A stretch of DNA of 24,173 nucleotides from a virus (taxonomy: Duplodnaviria; Caudoviricetes), in IMG/VR virus record IMGVR_UViG_3300016472_000194, positions 1-24,173 of that record, one strand, 5' to 3'. The translations under genes were made by a program, and so were the position numbers. This document shows, piece after piece, positions 1-8,896 of the stretch (positions are counted from its first letter, which is position 1; every line of letters starts with the position of its first letter). Under the pieces are notes generated by a model, which was not told the origin of the DNA, made no database searches, and saw only the letters and a program-made list of their open reading frames with translations.

Positions 1-2
1 CC

Positions 3-551
3 CCGCCCGTAAAAGAAGAAGAGCAAGACCGAGGGGAGCTAGTAGGAGGTGAGGTACTTCACCCGTCCAAAGCGCCGGGATCTCCCCCCCCCTTGCCTTC
101 GGCTTCCGCCCCCCTCGATCCGCCATCCCCGTTGCCCGGTGTCGTGATCGCCGCGCCGCCGCCGGCAATCGACGGCCCGTGGCCCGATGACCCAACCACC
201 GACGACCCGGTCGAGTGGCTACGGCAGCACGTCGTTTTCGGCGACGCTCGCCGCATCCGCGACCCGGCCCTTCTGGTCCAGCAGCTTCGCAACGGCTGGC
301 CGGGCCTCGATCTCGTGGCCGTGTTCCGCGAGGCGTCGGACTACCTGCGGACCGGCGCTGCTGTCACCGCCGGGTACGACCGGCACTTGCGGCGCACGGC
401 GCAGTTCGCGGCCCAACGCCAGGCACGGGCACCCGACGGCACAAGCCCGAGGCGCCAAGCTACCCGCAAGCCAGACAACTACACCGACGCCGACTATGCG
501 GCCGATTTCGCGGCCCAGGAGGCCAGGAGCGTTACCGATGCCAGAGCCTAG
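3..551 (+). CDS. C-terminal part of a probable phage replication initiator (replisome organizer); 5' truncated
   Basis: Frame is open from position 3 (PPVKEEEQDRG...) to TAG at 549-551; charged/Pro-rich linker followed by a helical domain; overlaps the downstream DnaC-like gene, the usual initiator-loader pairing. Confidence 0.55.
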   Translation, partial: PPVKEEEQDRGELVGGEVLHPSKAPGSPPPLPSASAPLDPPSPLPGVVIAAPPPAIDGPWPDDPTTDDPVEWLRQHVVFGDARRIRDPALLVQQLRNGWPGLDLVAVFREASDYLRTGAAVTAGYDRHLRRTAQFAAQRQARAPDGTSPRRQATRKPDNYTDADYAADFAAQEARSVTDARA

Positions 552-1299
552 CCGACTCCAGATCGTCGCCGACGACACCGTCGCCCAGGCGCCGCAGCTC
601 ACCCCGGAGCCATGCCGGAAGTGCAAACGCCCGACCGAGCTGGTGGGCTGGACCGCTCGCGCTACGCCGTGGGCTGACATGCTCTGCCCGGCGTGTCGCG
701 AGCTGCGCGAACAGGCGCGGCGAGAAAAGCGCGACGCCGACGCCATTGGGCTGCTCAAGGCGAGCGGCGTGCTTCCCGAGCACTCTCGAGCCCGGCTTTC
801 AGACTTCCCTGCCGAGGTGGTCGACAAGGTCGAGCCGCATGTTGGCGATCGTGGCTTCCTCGTCAACGGCAGTTACGGCCGTGGCAAGACTCGCCTCGCC
901 GCCGCGATCGCCCGCGAGCACGTCGTTGCCGGTGATTCGGTTCTGTTCGGGATGGCGCGGGCTCTCCTGCGGCGTATTCGGGACACGTACAACCCCACCG
1001 CAACAGAGACCGAGTCAGCGGTGATCCGCGACCTCGGGAGCGTTGGACTGCTCGTGATCGACGACCTTGGACCCGACCGCGAGGGGCGTGCCACCGAACA
1101 CGTCCTCGGCACCCTCCACGAAATTCTGTCGGAGCGGATCGGCCACCGGCGGTCGACCGTCGTCACCACCAACCTGCCCCTGGGCGCGATCGAACAGCAC
1201 TACGGCGGCGCCATCGCCAGCCGTATGAGCATGCTGCGTCCGATCACGCTCGGGGGCGTCGACCGCCGACAGGCGGCGCGAGGAGGCCAAGATGCCTAG
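538..1299 (+). CDS. DnaC/IstB-like AAA+ ATPase (phage helicase loader)
   Basis: ATG 538 preceded by AGGAG; CRKC...CPAC Zn motif, Walker A GSYGRGKT, Walker B LLVIDDLG, sensor TTN, IASRM arginine-finger region. The ORF-track start at 187 is an upstream extension. Confidence 0.9.
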   Translation: MPEPSRLQIVADDTVAQAPQLTPEPCRKCKRPTELVGWTARATPWADMLCPACRELREQARREKRDADAIGLLKASGVLPEHSRARLSDFPAEVVDKVEPHVGDRGFLVNGSYGRGKTRLAAAIAREHVVAGDSVLFGMARALLRRIRDTYNPTATETESAVIRDLGSVGLLVIDDLGPDREGRATEHVLGTLHEILSERIGHRRSTVVTTNLPLGAIEQHYGGAIASRMSMLRPITLGGVDRRQAARGGQDA

Positions 1300-1654
1300 T
1301 GATTCCAGCATGCTCCGCGTTGATTTCATCCTGCCATGCCAGGTTGACCAGGGCGCGGCGTACCGATCCGGCGAGCAAGCCTTGCTCCTGGCCGTGATCG
1401 AGGACGCGATTTTCGACCTGCGCACCTGCGCCGGAGCAACCGACCCAGCCGAGCGCGAGCTGTACGACCTCGCCCGCGCATGGTTCGAGTCGCCGACCGT
1501 CGGCACCGTGACCCTTGCCGACGCATGCGGCCACCTCGGGTTTGATGTCGACGCGGTGCGCACTGCCGTCTTACGCCTCTTCCCTGCCCGCCTGGGGCGA
1601 AAATGCGGCGCGGTTGATACCGTGGCCCCAATTTGCGGCGCTCGCGCCTTCTAG
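1292..1654 (+). CDS. Conserved hypothetical helical protein (possible DNA-binding regulator)
   Basis: GGAGG before the ATG; pattern EQALLLAVIEDAI...ARAWF...LADACGHLGFDVDAVR matches a small uncharacterised family I recall from phages and deltaproteobacteria-like genomes. Confidence 0.7.
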   Translation: MPSDSSMLRVDFILPCQVDQGAAYRSGEQALLLAVIEDAIFDLRTCAGATDPAERELYDLARAWFESPTVGTVTLADACGHLGFDVDAVRTAVLRLFPARLGRKCGAVDTVAPICGARAF

Positions 1655-1657
1655 GCC

Positions 1658-2038
1658 ATGCCAGGGCGGCTACAGCGGTGCGTGTGGTGCGGCTATGTTC
1701 TCCCGGCAGGAGTCCGGGAGTGCTCGCCTCGTGGCGCGTCGAGCGACCACCTCGGGTCGGTATACTGCCGCGACCACCGGCAGCGGATGAGGACGGAAAA
1801 AGAGACGTGGCGCAACAAACCGATCAATCGCCCCAGTGGCGCAAGGGTTGGCAAGGGGCTTGCTTGTGCTGCCGCTAGAATCGGTGAACTGCGGGCTGCA
1901 TCGCTCCCGCTGGCTGGCATCGCCGCGACGCTGCAAGCGGAGGGAATACCCCGTCCGCGATCGAAGCGCCCGTGGGATGCGATCTCCGTCGGGCTCGTAG
2001 TCTCGCGCCTGGGAATCGCTCGAAAAAGCAATGCTTAA
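1658..2038 (+). CDS. Small protein with a Cys/His cluster and a C-terminal recombinase-type DNA-binding domain
   Basis: CVWC...C...YCRDH, then [29 protein letters not shown], resembling the serine-recombinase 'Recombinase' DNA-binding motif (IA..L...GI.T..G..W....V); no catalytic domain. Confidence 0.6.
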   Translation: MPGRLQRCVWCGYVLPAGVRECSPRGASSDHLGSVYCRDHRQRMRTEKETWRNKPINRPSGARVGKGLACAAARIGELRAASLPLAGIAATLQAEGIPRPRSKRPWDAISVGLVVSRLGIARKSNA

Positions 2039-2039
2039 T

Positions 2040-2097
2040 CGTGATCCATAGTATTTTCCGATCATCGGTTTCGCGTGTTAAGTCGGAGGAAAGTCTT
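2040..2097 (+). promoter_or_regulatory. AT-rich intergenic region with a palindrome, a possible promoter and an RBS
   Basis: Palindrome CCGAT-C-ATCGG at 2058-2068; weak TTCCGA-N17-TAAGTC; GGAGG before ATG 2098. Confidence 0.35.
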
Positions 2098-5000
2098 ATG
2101 GCATGGATTTTGTTTCTCGTTCTGCTCGCCGCCTCGCCAGCGTGGGGCCTGCGGCTGCAAGGCGTCGGCTTTGAGGGGCAAAGCTGCTCGCAGTACACGC
2201 TGACCAGCGGCACGACCGGGTGTTACGGAACGCCGACCTACGACACGTCGACGCCGATCACCGGCGGCGCATCGCTGTACTGCGATGCGGCGGAGGGTCA
2301 GCTCATATACAATCCGCCAACGTCGACGAGCACCGGGAAGCTCTGGGTGCAGGCGAATTTCCGCGCCGATGCCATGCCGAGCGCCAACAACGCGCCGGTC
2401 ATCTCGCACGTCGGCGCGCTCGGGGGCACCGTGTCCGCACGCCTCACGGCCAGCGGAACGATCGAGTGCACGTCTTCTTCATCCGGTGGCCCGACCCTCT
2501 CCGGGTCGGTCGCTGTTTCCACCGGCGTGGAGTACACCGTCACCATCGAGATTGACTATGGCGGCACCAACGCGCCCGCAGTCTGCTACCTCAACGGCGT
2601 CAGCTTTGCGACCGGCACCACGCGCATGGTCGACACCGCTGGCGCCCGTGCCTGCATAACCAGCACCGGCACCTGGGGCACCGGCGCGCAAGTCGCGGTC
2701 GATGACGTCATCGTCCAAAACGACAGCGGTAGCTCGGGAAACACCATCCCGCACGTCGGCGAGTACATCACCGAGCTGCGACCCAACAGCACAGCCTCGG
2801 GAGCGTGTACCACCGGCGCTTTCGGAGACGTCGATGACGTGCCGTTCGACACGGGCACGAAATGCGAGTTGGACACCAACTCGACCACTGTGACTTGGGG
2901 ATTGCAGGACATCACAGTCCCGGCTGGCGACACCATCACGGTGGTGCAAGCCAACAGCTTGATCCGAGCCGATACCGCCGCACCTTCGGCGGCAAACATC
3001 ATCCTCGACAGCGGCGGGACGACGATCACCACGTCGGCAACGACCGACGTCAACACCTACCGCACGCACGATGGGACTACACCCGGAACGCTGCCGCTCA
3101 TCACGCGATACACCGACCCTGCGGATTCTGCGGCATGGACCGACGCCGACATCGACGCGCTCAAGTTGCGCTTCGACGGCACGGACACTGCGCCGGACTT
3201 CTGGATCGCCGAGGCTTGGGTTAGCGTCTCCGCGTACCCGGCGCCGCCAACCTCGACGCCGACCAGCACCCCAACCGTCACCCCGACGCCGACGCCGACG
3301 CAAACGCCTACCAACACCCCGACAAGCACACCGACTCAGACTCCGACGTCGACGCCCACCAACACGCCAACGGCTACGCCGACGCAAACGCCTACCAACA
3401 CCCCGACAAGCACGCCAACGGCTACCCCGACGGATACCCCGACAGCGACGCCTACGAATACCCAGACGCTCACGCCAACGGATACCCCGATAGCGACGCC
3501 GACGAATACCCCGACGGTCACGCCAACGCCGACGCCGACGCCAACCCCTACGCCTACGTCGACGCAGGCGTTCCTGGAGTTTGTCGCGTCCGAATCCGAG
3601 CCGTTCCGTGTGCTGGAACTCACCCAGGGCGTGTGCTGCGCCAGCAAGGCCGGGTATGATTGCGAAGCGCCGGTGAGGTCGTGCGACGACGATGGCGACT
3701 GTACCGTTGCACCGTACTCGGTATGCTCTGGGTACTACGAGGACTCGGCTTATTACAGCGGCAACGACGACGGCAGCGTGTGCGATTCGCTGCTATTTTT
3801 CCCATTCACGACATTTGCCGGCGGCGTCTCCGGGCAGGGCACGAACATTGCCAGATTAGCCTGGGATACTTCAGCGCTTCCCGACGATGCGGTCGTCACT
3901 GGCGCTGAACTCGAAGCCGTTTACAGCGACTTTGTCACGAGTTATGGCCCAGAAGGTGCAACGCTGAACGCAAAGTTTTTCGACCCAGAGTCTAATCCCC
4001 CGATCGGTTGCGTCTCGGCGGCTGCGACAAGTTGCACCTGTGACGATGGCTTGTGGGTCGCGCAAATGCCAGAGGATGCCATCAAGGTTTCGGTTCGTTC
4101 GTTCGTCGTCAATCCGACTCCAACGCCGTTTGTTGCTACGGCATTTCGTCATGTGGTTGGCATTGATACCCAAGGGCAGACCGGGGTTTTGGCGAAGCCA
4201 GAACCGCTTGGGGCTCGGCTCAGGTGGCGAGCGCGCAACTCAACCGTCGCCCCCGGCCCACGCCTGCGCGTGTTCTACCAGTCCGCCAACCCGACCGACA
4301 CGCCGCTGCCGACGCGCACGACCACGCCGACCCGCACGCATACCGCCACCGGCACACGCCCGTTCACCTCGACCCCGACGCAAACGCCGACGATGACTCC
4401 GACCGAGACACCGGACGCGAGCACGCCAACCCCGACCGCGACACCTACCCCGACGCCGACGAAGAACCCAGCGATCACGCCCGCGCCGATCGCCTCGACT
4501 TGGAACGCCGACGCGGGAAGCGACGCGCGCTGCGTCGTCTCGCCGCTGCCGGTCCCTGGCGCCGTACAGCCGGGGCTCTACCTCGCCGCAGTCTACGTGG
4601 AGGGCGACGTCCAGGTCGTCGAGAATCCGCTTTGGAACGAGATTGCCGAATGCCAAACATCGGACTCCGACATGAGGCTCGTCGTCCTGTCGCGTGAGTA
4701 CCGATACGGCGAGCCCACGGAAGAGTTCCTTGCGTTCCGCTTCGCCGAGGAAGCTCAACACGTCTGCGTCGTGACGCACTGGGTCGGCCCTGATCCTGGC
4801 TGGCCTATCCGCATCGCCGAGTCCGGTAGCGAGGGTGTCTCCTGCGTCGCCACGGCGACCAGCGTGGAGCACACTGCGTTGGGCGTCGACGTCGACTTCC
4901 CACACAACTCCGTCGCTAGCATGTTCGCCGTTCCGCCGCTGACCGGAGGCGCGGCATGGTCAGGGTACACGCCCGATGTGTCTACGGTCGTCCAACGCGA

Positions 5001-5988
5001 AGTGCTCGACGCGAACGACCCGAACGCGCCGGTCGACTTCAACGGGCAGTCGATGCTGGAGTCCGTCGGGGTGCCGTTCAGCAACGACGCGCCGATCGAC
5101 GACATCACGGCGACCTACTCCGGCGCGGCAGACGACGGCATCGCGGCGCAGGTCGCGCTGTTCGCGGTCGACACCCCGGCGCCAACGTGGACGCCGACGC
5201 ATACGCCGACCCGCACCGCGACGCATACGCCGACGCCTACGGATACCCCGACGGCTACACCAACGGACACGCCGACCGCGACGCCGACCTCCACGCCCAC
5301 GGCAACCCCAACCGATACCCCGACCGCGACCCCAACGAACACGCCGACGCACACCCCTACCAACACGCCCACGGCTACGCCCACGAGCACCCCGACCGAC
5401 ACGCCGACGGAAACCCCAACCCCCACCGAAACCCCAACGGCTACGCCCACTGAGACGCCGACTCAGACGCCAACGGCTACACCGACGAGCACTCCCACGA
5501 GTACGCCGACGGCAACGCCTACGGACACTCCTACCGAGACACCAACCAGCACCCCGACGGACACCCCGACCGCAACGCCTACCTCGACTCCCACGGCGAC
5601 CCCGACGGCGACGCCCACTGAGACCGCCACGGCGACTCCAACGGCAACACCGACCAGCACGCCAACCGAGACACCCACGGGCACGCCGACTTCGACGCCG
5701 ACCGCTACGCCGACGCCTACGGCCACGAGCACTCCGACCGCGACGCCTACGCCGACCGCAACGCATACCGCTACCGCGACGCCAACCCCGACGGCGACCG
5801 CGACGGCCACGGCATCGCCTACGCCGACGAGCGCGCTGCACTCCGTGCTCTACGTCCGTCAGCCGCGCGTTTTGTCCGTCGACGCGCCGACCGAGCTGGT
5901 GCAACGTCGCCCGCAGTACCTCACCGCGCCGCTGCCTCGCGTGCTGCGCCACGGATCGCCGAGGGTGCTGGTGGTCGAGCACGACTGA
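2098..5988 (+). CDS. 1296-aa secreted-type multidomain protein with Thr/Pro linkers; putative fibre/adhesin
   Basis: GGAGG RBS and ATG 2098; signal peptide [17 protein letters not shown]; N-terminal LamG/ConA-like beta region; middle domain with [19 protein letters not shown] (DNRLRE-like); third beta-sandwich; three TP linkers; followed by an adaptor-like gene. Confidence 0.75.
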   Translation: MAWILFLVLLAASPAWGLRLQGVGFEGQSCSQYTLTSGTTGCYGTPTYDTSTPITGGASLYCDAAEGQLIYNPPTSTSTGKLWVQANFRADAMPSANNAPVISHVGALGGTVSARLTASGTIECTSSSSGGPTLSGSVAVSTGVEYTVTIEIDYGGTNAPAVCYLNGVSFATGTTRMVDTAGARACITSTGTWGTGAQVAVDDVIVQNDSGSSGNTIPHVGEYITELRPNSTASGACTTGAFGDVDDVPFDTGTKCELDTNSTTVTWGLQDITVPAGDTITVVQANSLIRADTAAPSAANIILDSGGTTITTSATTDVNTYRTHDGTTPGTLPLITRYTDPADSAAWTDADIDALKLRFDGTDTAPDFWIAEAWVSVSAYPAPPTSTPTSTPTVTPTPTPTQTPTNTPTSTPTQTPTSTPTNTPTATPTQTPTNTPTSTPTATPTDTPTATPTNTQTLTPTDTPIATPTNTPTVTPTPTPTPTPTPTSTQAFLEFVASESEPFRVLELTQGVCCASKAGYDCEAPVRSCDDDGDCTVAPYSVCSGYYEDSAYYSGNDDGSVCDSLLFFPFTTFAGGVSGQGTNIARLAWDTSALPDDAVVTGAELEAVYSDFVTSYGPEGATLNAKFFDPESNPPIGCVSAAATSCTCDDGLWVAQMPEDAIKVSVRSFVVNPTPTPFVATAFRHVVGIDTQGQTGVLAKPEPLGARLRWRARNSTVAPGPRLRVFYQSANPTDTPLPTRTTTPTRTHTATGTRPFTSTPTQTPTMTPTETPDASTPTPTATPTPTPTKNPAITPAPIASTWNADAGSDARCVVSPLPVPGAVQPGLYLAAVYVEGDVQVVENPLWNEIAECQTSDSDMRLVVLSREYRYGEPTEEFLAFRFAEEAQHVCVVTHWVGPDPGWPIRIAESGSEGVSCVATATSVEHTALGVDVDFPHNSVASMFAVPPLTGGAAWSGYTPDVSTVVQREVLDANDPNAPVDFNGQSMLESVGVPFSNDAPIDDITATYSGAADDGIAAQVALFAVDTPAPTWTPTHTPTRTATHTPTPTDTPTATPTDTPTATPTSTPTATPTDTPTATPTNTPTHTPTNTPTATPTSTPTDTPTETPTPTETPTATPTETPTQTPTATPTSTPTSTPTATPTDTPTETPTSTPTDTPTATPTSTPTATPTATPTETATATPTATPTSTPTETPTGTPTSTPTATPTPTATSTPTATPTPTATHTATATPTPTATATATASPTPTSALHSVLYVRQPRVLSVDAPTELVQRRPQYLTAPLPRVLRHGSPRVLVVEHD
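3238..3564 (+). repeat. Thr/Pro (TPTx)n coding repeat, linker 1
   Basis: About 109 aa of [12 protein letters not shown] units; contains an exact 38-bp duplication at 3292-3329 and 3376-3413. Confidence 0.95.
4288..4485 (+). repeat. Thr/Pro coding repeat, linker 2
   Basis: [15 protein letters not shown]...[12 protein letters not shown]. Confidence 0.85.
5173..5832 (+). repeat. Thr/Pro (TPTx)n coding repeat, linker 3
   Basis: About 220 aa of [16 protein letters not shown] units with a 12-nt period and varied synonymous codons. Confidence 0.97.
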
Positions 5989-6030
5989 TTGCTAAATTGC
6001 CCGCTTGCGCCGGATCGGCTACGCGCAAGC
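5988..6030 (+). promoter_or_regulatory. Motif ATTGCTAAATTGC plus 8-bp inverted repeat (copy 1); candidate promoter/operator
   Basis: 13-mer identical to 11843-11855; GCTTGCGC (6003-6010) / GCGCAAGC (6023-6030) lies directly before ATG 6032. Confidence 0.6.
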
Positions 6031-6031
6031 C

Positions 6032-6499
6032 ATGCGCCCCTTGTTCGTCCTGCCTCTCGCGTGGTCCCTCCTCACCCTACCCGCCCAGGCGCAGACGTGG
6101 GCCGGGCTCTGGGAAGGCCCCTCCCAGACGCCCGGCGCCACGGGAGCCGTCGAGTGCCCGACCGGCCGCACGTTCGACCCGATTGACCCGACCGCCGAAG
6201 ATACCTTCGGCGTTATCTTCGAGGGGCGTAGCTTGTCGAGCGTCGACACCTACAGCGCCGAGCTGATCTCTGGCACCGACACCACGCCCGCCGCGATCTT
6301 CGACGGCGCACCGACCGCCAGCGGCGGAACGGTGCAAATCGCCCTCGACCCCAACGACGGGTGCGCGACTGCCGGGTGTCGGGAGGGCAACTGGTACGCG
6401 ATCATGATTCGCCCGGTCGACACGTCGGGAAACAAGCCTGTGGCGCGCTTCTGCCTGCCGGTGCGGCGCGCACGGTACGGGAAGCCATCCGGTGAATAG
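6032..6499 (+). CDS. Phage fibre-tail adaptor-like protein with an N-terminal signal peptide
   Basis: MRPLFVLPLAWSLLTLPAQA|Q signal; body FDPIDP...FGVIFE...ISGTDTTPAAIFDGAPTASG...G..GNWYAIMIRPVDTSGN resembles the small adaptors (KDP...F.FDF...GG..G..Y...TS.G) that follow fibre genes. Confidence 0.6.
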   Translation: MRPLFVLPLAWSLLTLPAQAQTWAGLWEGPSQTPGATGAVECPTGRTFDPIDPTAEDTFGVIFEGRSLSSVDTYSAELISGTDTTPAAIFDGAPTASGGTVQIALDPNDGCATAGCREGNWYAIMIRPVDTSGNKPVARFCLPVRRARYGKPSGE

Positions 6500-6914
6500 C
6501 CGTCACTGCTTCGAGTGGGAGCAGACGGACAAGCATTTGCTCGTCCGCACGTTCCCCGGCCGCACCCTGCCGGCGATGCCCGGATTCAAGGGCGGCTGGT
6601 CGATCGCCCAGGGCTCGACGGCGGAACTCGCCATCGCCCTCGTGAACGGCGACCGCGACGACGCAGCGTGGCCGCTTGCGAGCGGGTGGACGTGTACGGC
6701 AAAGGCCCGCGAGAACTACGGCGATGCGACCGTGCTTTTCACCGCGACCGCGACACTCTCGTCGAAGCTGCCGAACATCGTCTTGAGCCTGTCCGCCTCG
6801 ACAACGACCGCCCTCGACTTCACCGGCGGTGTTCTTGACGTCGAGCTGGTAAACGGCTCGACCGTGCTGAAAATTCTCTCCTGCCCGGTGAGCCTGCTCA
6901 AAGAGGCGGTGTAA
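6492..6914 (+). CDS. Ig-like phage structural protein (BppU N-terminal / T5 p132 collar-type beta-sandwich)
   Basis: IAQGST...SGWTCTAKAR...IVLSLSASTTTAL...GVLDVELVNG...KILSCPV matches the widespread I.QG.T...LTG.TA...R...L.L....T..L...YD.E pattern; exact start uncertain. Confidence 0.6.
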   Translation: MNSRHCFEWEQTDKHLLVRTFPGRTLPAMPGFKGGWSIAQGSTAELAIALVNGDRDDAAWPLASGWTCTAKARENYGDATVLFTATATLSSKLPNIVLSLSASTTTALDFTGGVLDVELVNGSTVLKILSCPVSLLKEAV

Positions 6915-7471
6915 TGCCCTCGCGCCGTCCCGAGCGGCAGCGCGCACTGACCGAGAAGGAGCGGCGATTCATCGACGCCTACTTCACGGAGCCCACCGCC
7001 GAGGCCGCGTATATCAAGGCCGGGTACAGCGCCAAGACAGCCGCGCAAGGCGTCTCTCGCTTCCTGAAGCACCCCCGCATCGCCGCTGCCATCCGCAAGC
7101 GTCAGAAGGTTCTGGCGAGCCGCAACATCGCCACGGCTGAACGGGTGATCGAAGAACATGCCAAGATTGCCTTTGCCACGATCACTGACGTCGTCAGTTG
7201 GGACGCGGCATCGGTAACCGTCACGGCGTCGACCGACATCAAGCCCGAAGCAGCGGCAGCGATCGCCGAAGTCGAGATGGTCGACGACGGCGTCAAGGCT
7301 CGCGTGCGCGTCAAGATGCACGGCAAGACCGCCGCGCTCGATGCGCTCAGTCGACACTTCGGGATCTACAACGACAAGCTCCGCATCGACGGCAATCTTC
7401 TCGACCAGGTCCGTGCATTCATGGAGTCGCCAGACGTAGGCGACGAGCCCGACGATGACGACGCAGTTTGA
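6914..7471 (+). CDS. terS: Terminase small subunit
   Basis: LTEKERRFIDAY...AYIKAGYSAKTA...L.HPRI HTH signature; KIAF...; K..ALDAL.RHFG. Confidence 0.95.
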   Translation: MPSRRPERQRALTEKERRFIDAYFTEPTAEAAYIKAGYSAKTAAQGVSRFLKHPRIAAAIRKRQKVLASRNIATAERVIEEHAKIAFATITDVVSWDAASVTVTASTDIKPEAAAAIAEVEMVDDGVKARVRVKMHGKTAALDALSRHFGIYNDKLRIDGNLLDQVRAFMESPDVGDEPDDDDAV

Positions 7472-8891
7472 CGAAGAGGCATTCGCACGCGCCTGCGCTC
7501 CGATCATCCCCGACCCGGTGCGCTTCACGCGGCGCATCTTGCACCGCGACGTTTGGCGCACGCAGGCAAAGCTCCTGCGCTCCGTGGCAACATCGCGCCG
7601 CACGGCCGCGAAGGCTTGTCACTCGTCGGGCAAGAGCTTTACTGCCGCATGTGCCGTGCTGTGGTGGCTCGTCCGCTACCCGAAGGGCATCGTCATCACC
7701 ACCGCGCCGACATGGACGCAGGTCAAAAAAGTGCTCTGGGGCGAGATCCATTCCGCGCTGCAAGGTGCGCCGCTGCTACGGTTGCTCACGCGCGGGATGG
7801 AGGTGAACCAGACCGAGCTGAAGCTCGGGCCACACAATTACGCCATCGGCCTATCGACCAACGAGGGCGTCAATTTCCAGGGCTACCACGGGCAAATCCT
7901 CATCGTGATGGACGAAGCGCCCGGCGTGCGGCCTGACATCTGGGAGGCCATCGAGGGCATTCGCGCCGGTGGCGACGTGCGCATCTTGGCGCTCGGCAAC
8001 CCGGTCATCGCAAGCGGGCCGTTCTACGACGCCTTCCATGCGCAGCGGGCGACCTGGAACACGGTCACGATTTCCGCGTTCGACACCCCGAACCTTGCCG
8101 GTCTCGACCTTGAGGCGCTCGGCGCGCTTCCCGACGAAGCTCTCGACGACAACCCGCGACCGTACCTCACCACGCGCCGCTGGGTGCGAGAGAAACACAT
8201 TGAGTGGGGCGAGTCGTCGCCGCTCTGGCAATCCCGCGTTCTCGGGCAGTTCCCGACCGAGAGCGACGGGCAACTCTTGTCCCTCGCTTGGATCGAGGCG
8301 TGCACCCAACGCGAACAGGTGGAGTGCCGAGACATTCCCGAGGCTGGCGTCGACGTCGCTGGACCGGGCGAGGACGAGACCGTCGTCCGCGTGCGCCAAG
8401 GGCAGAACCTTCTCGGCGGCGACCAGTGGACAGAGCCCGACCCGCGCGGCAAGCTTGCGGCCTACCTGGGCGAGGTGAAGCGCCAGAAAGGCGCGCTCAG
8501 GGTCAAGGTCGACAGTATTGGAATCGGATATTACATGGCGCGGCACCTTGCCGACGTCGGCTTTGACGTCACGGATGTCAATGTGGGCGAAGCGGCGTTC
8601 GACAAGGAGCGCTACGCCAACCTGAAGGCGGAACTCTACTGGGGCCTGCGGCAACGCTTCGAGTCTGGCGACGTCGCCGGCAAGATCGACGATATGACGC
8701 AGGGTCAGCTTACGTCGATCCGCTACGCCCACAATGCCCGTGGGCAGGTCGTGATTGAATCCAAGGAAGACGCCCGCAAGCGTGGTGTGCGTTCGCCAGA
8801 TCGCGCTGAGGCGTGGATGCTGGCGTTCGCACCGTCGCGCGAGGTCGTGTGCGCGCTGCCGATGGCGACGATGCCGAGCAACTGGAGGTGA
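7455..8891 (+). CDS. terL: Terminase large subunit
   Basis: Walker A ACHSSGKS, TAPT..Q, Walker B IVMDEA, LGNP coupling motif, nuclease motifs GVDVAG, VDSIGIG and SPDRAEA. Confidence 0.96.
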   Translation: MTTQFDEEAFARACAPIIPDPVRFTRRILHRDVWRTQAKLLRSVATSRRTAAKACHSSGKSFTAACAVLWWLVRYPKGIVITTAPTWTQVKKVLWGEIHSALQGAPLLRLLTRGMEVNQTELKLGPHNYAIGLSTNEGVNFQGYHGQILIVMDEAPGVRPDIWEAIEGIRAGGDVRILALGNPVIASGPFYDAFHAQRATWNTVTISAFDTPNLAGLDLEALGALPDEALDDNPRPYLTTRRWVREKHIEWGESSPLWQSRVLGQFPTESDGQLLSLAWIEACTQREQVECRDIPEAGVDVAGPGEDETVVRVRQGQNLLGGDQWTEPDPRGKLAAYLGEVKRQKGALRVKVDSIGIGYYMARHLADVGFDVTDVNVGEAAFDKERYANLKAELYWGLRQRFESGDVAGKIDDMTQGQLTSIRYAHNARGQVVIESKEDARKRGVRSPDRAEAWMLAFAPSREVVCALPMATMPSNWR

Positions 8892-8896
8892 TGGGG

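Noticed and set aside
1-100. Replication origin within the initiator gene (purine-rich tract and C run)
   Set aside because: No iterons visible; the relevant region probably lies upstream of the window
187-537. N-terminal extension of the 370-aa ORF
   Set aside because: Overlaps the initiator-like ORF; ATG 538 has an RBS and starts the DnaC-like sequence
1972-2097. ORF-track start of the giant protein at 1972
   Set aside because: Overlaps the upstream gene; ATG 2098 has GGAGG and exposes the signal peptide
5173-5832. Possible CRISPR or non-coding repeat array
   Set aside because: 12-nt degenerate coding periodicity with no repeat-spacer structure and no cas genes
3057-5982. Minus-strand (VGV)n ORFs and Arg-rich alternate-frame ORFs
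   Set aside because: Shadows of the Thr/Pro repeat codons
2098-5988. Diversity-generating retroelement target
   Set aside because: No reverse transcriptase or template/variable repeat pair seen in the window
5975-6000. Sigma-54 promoter reading of the TTGC motif
   Set aside because: No TGGCAC at the correct spacing in either copy
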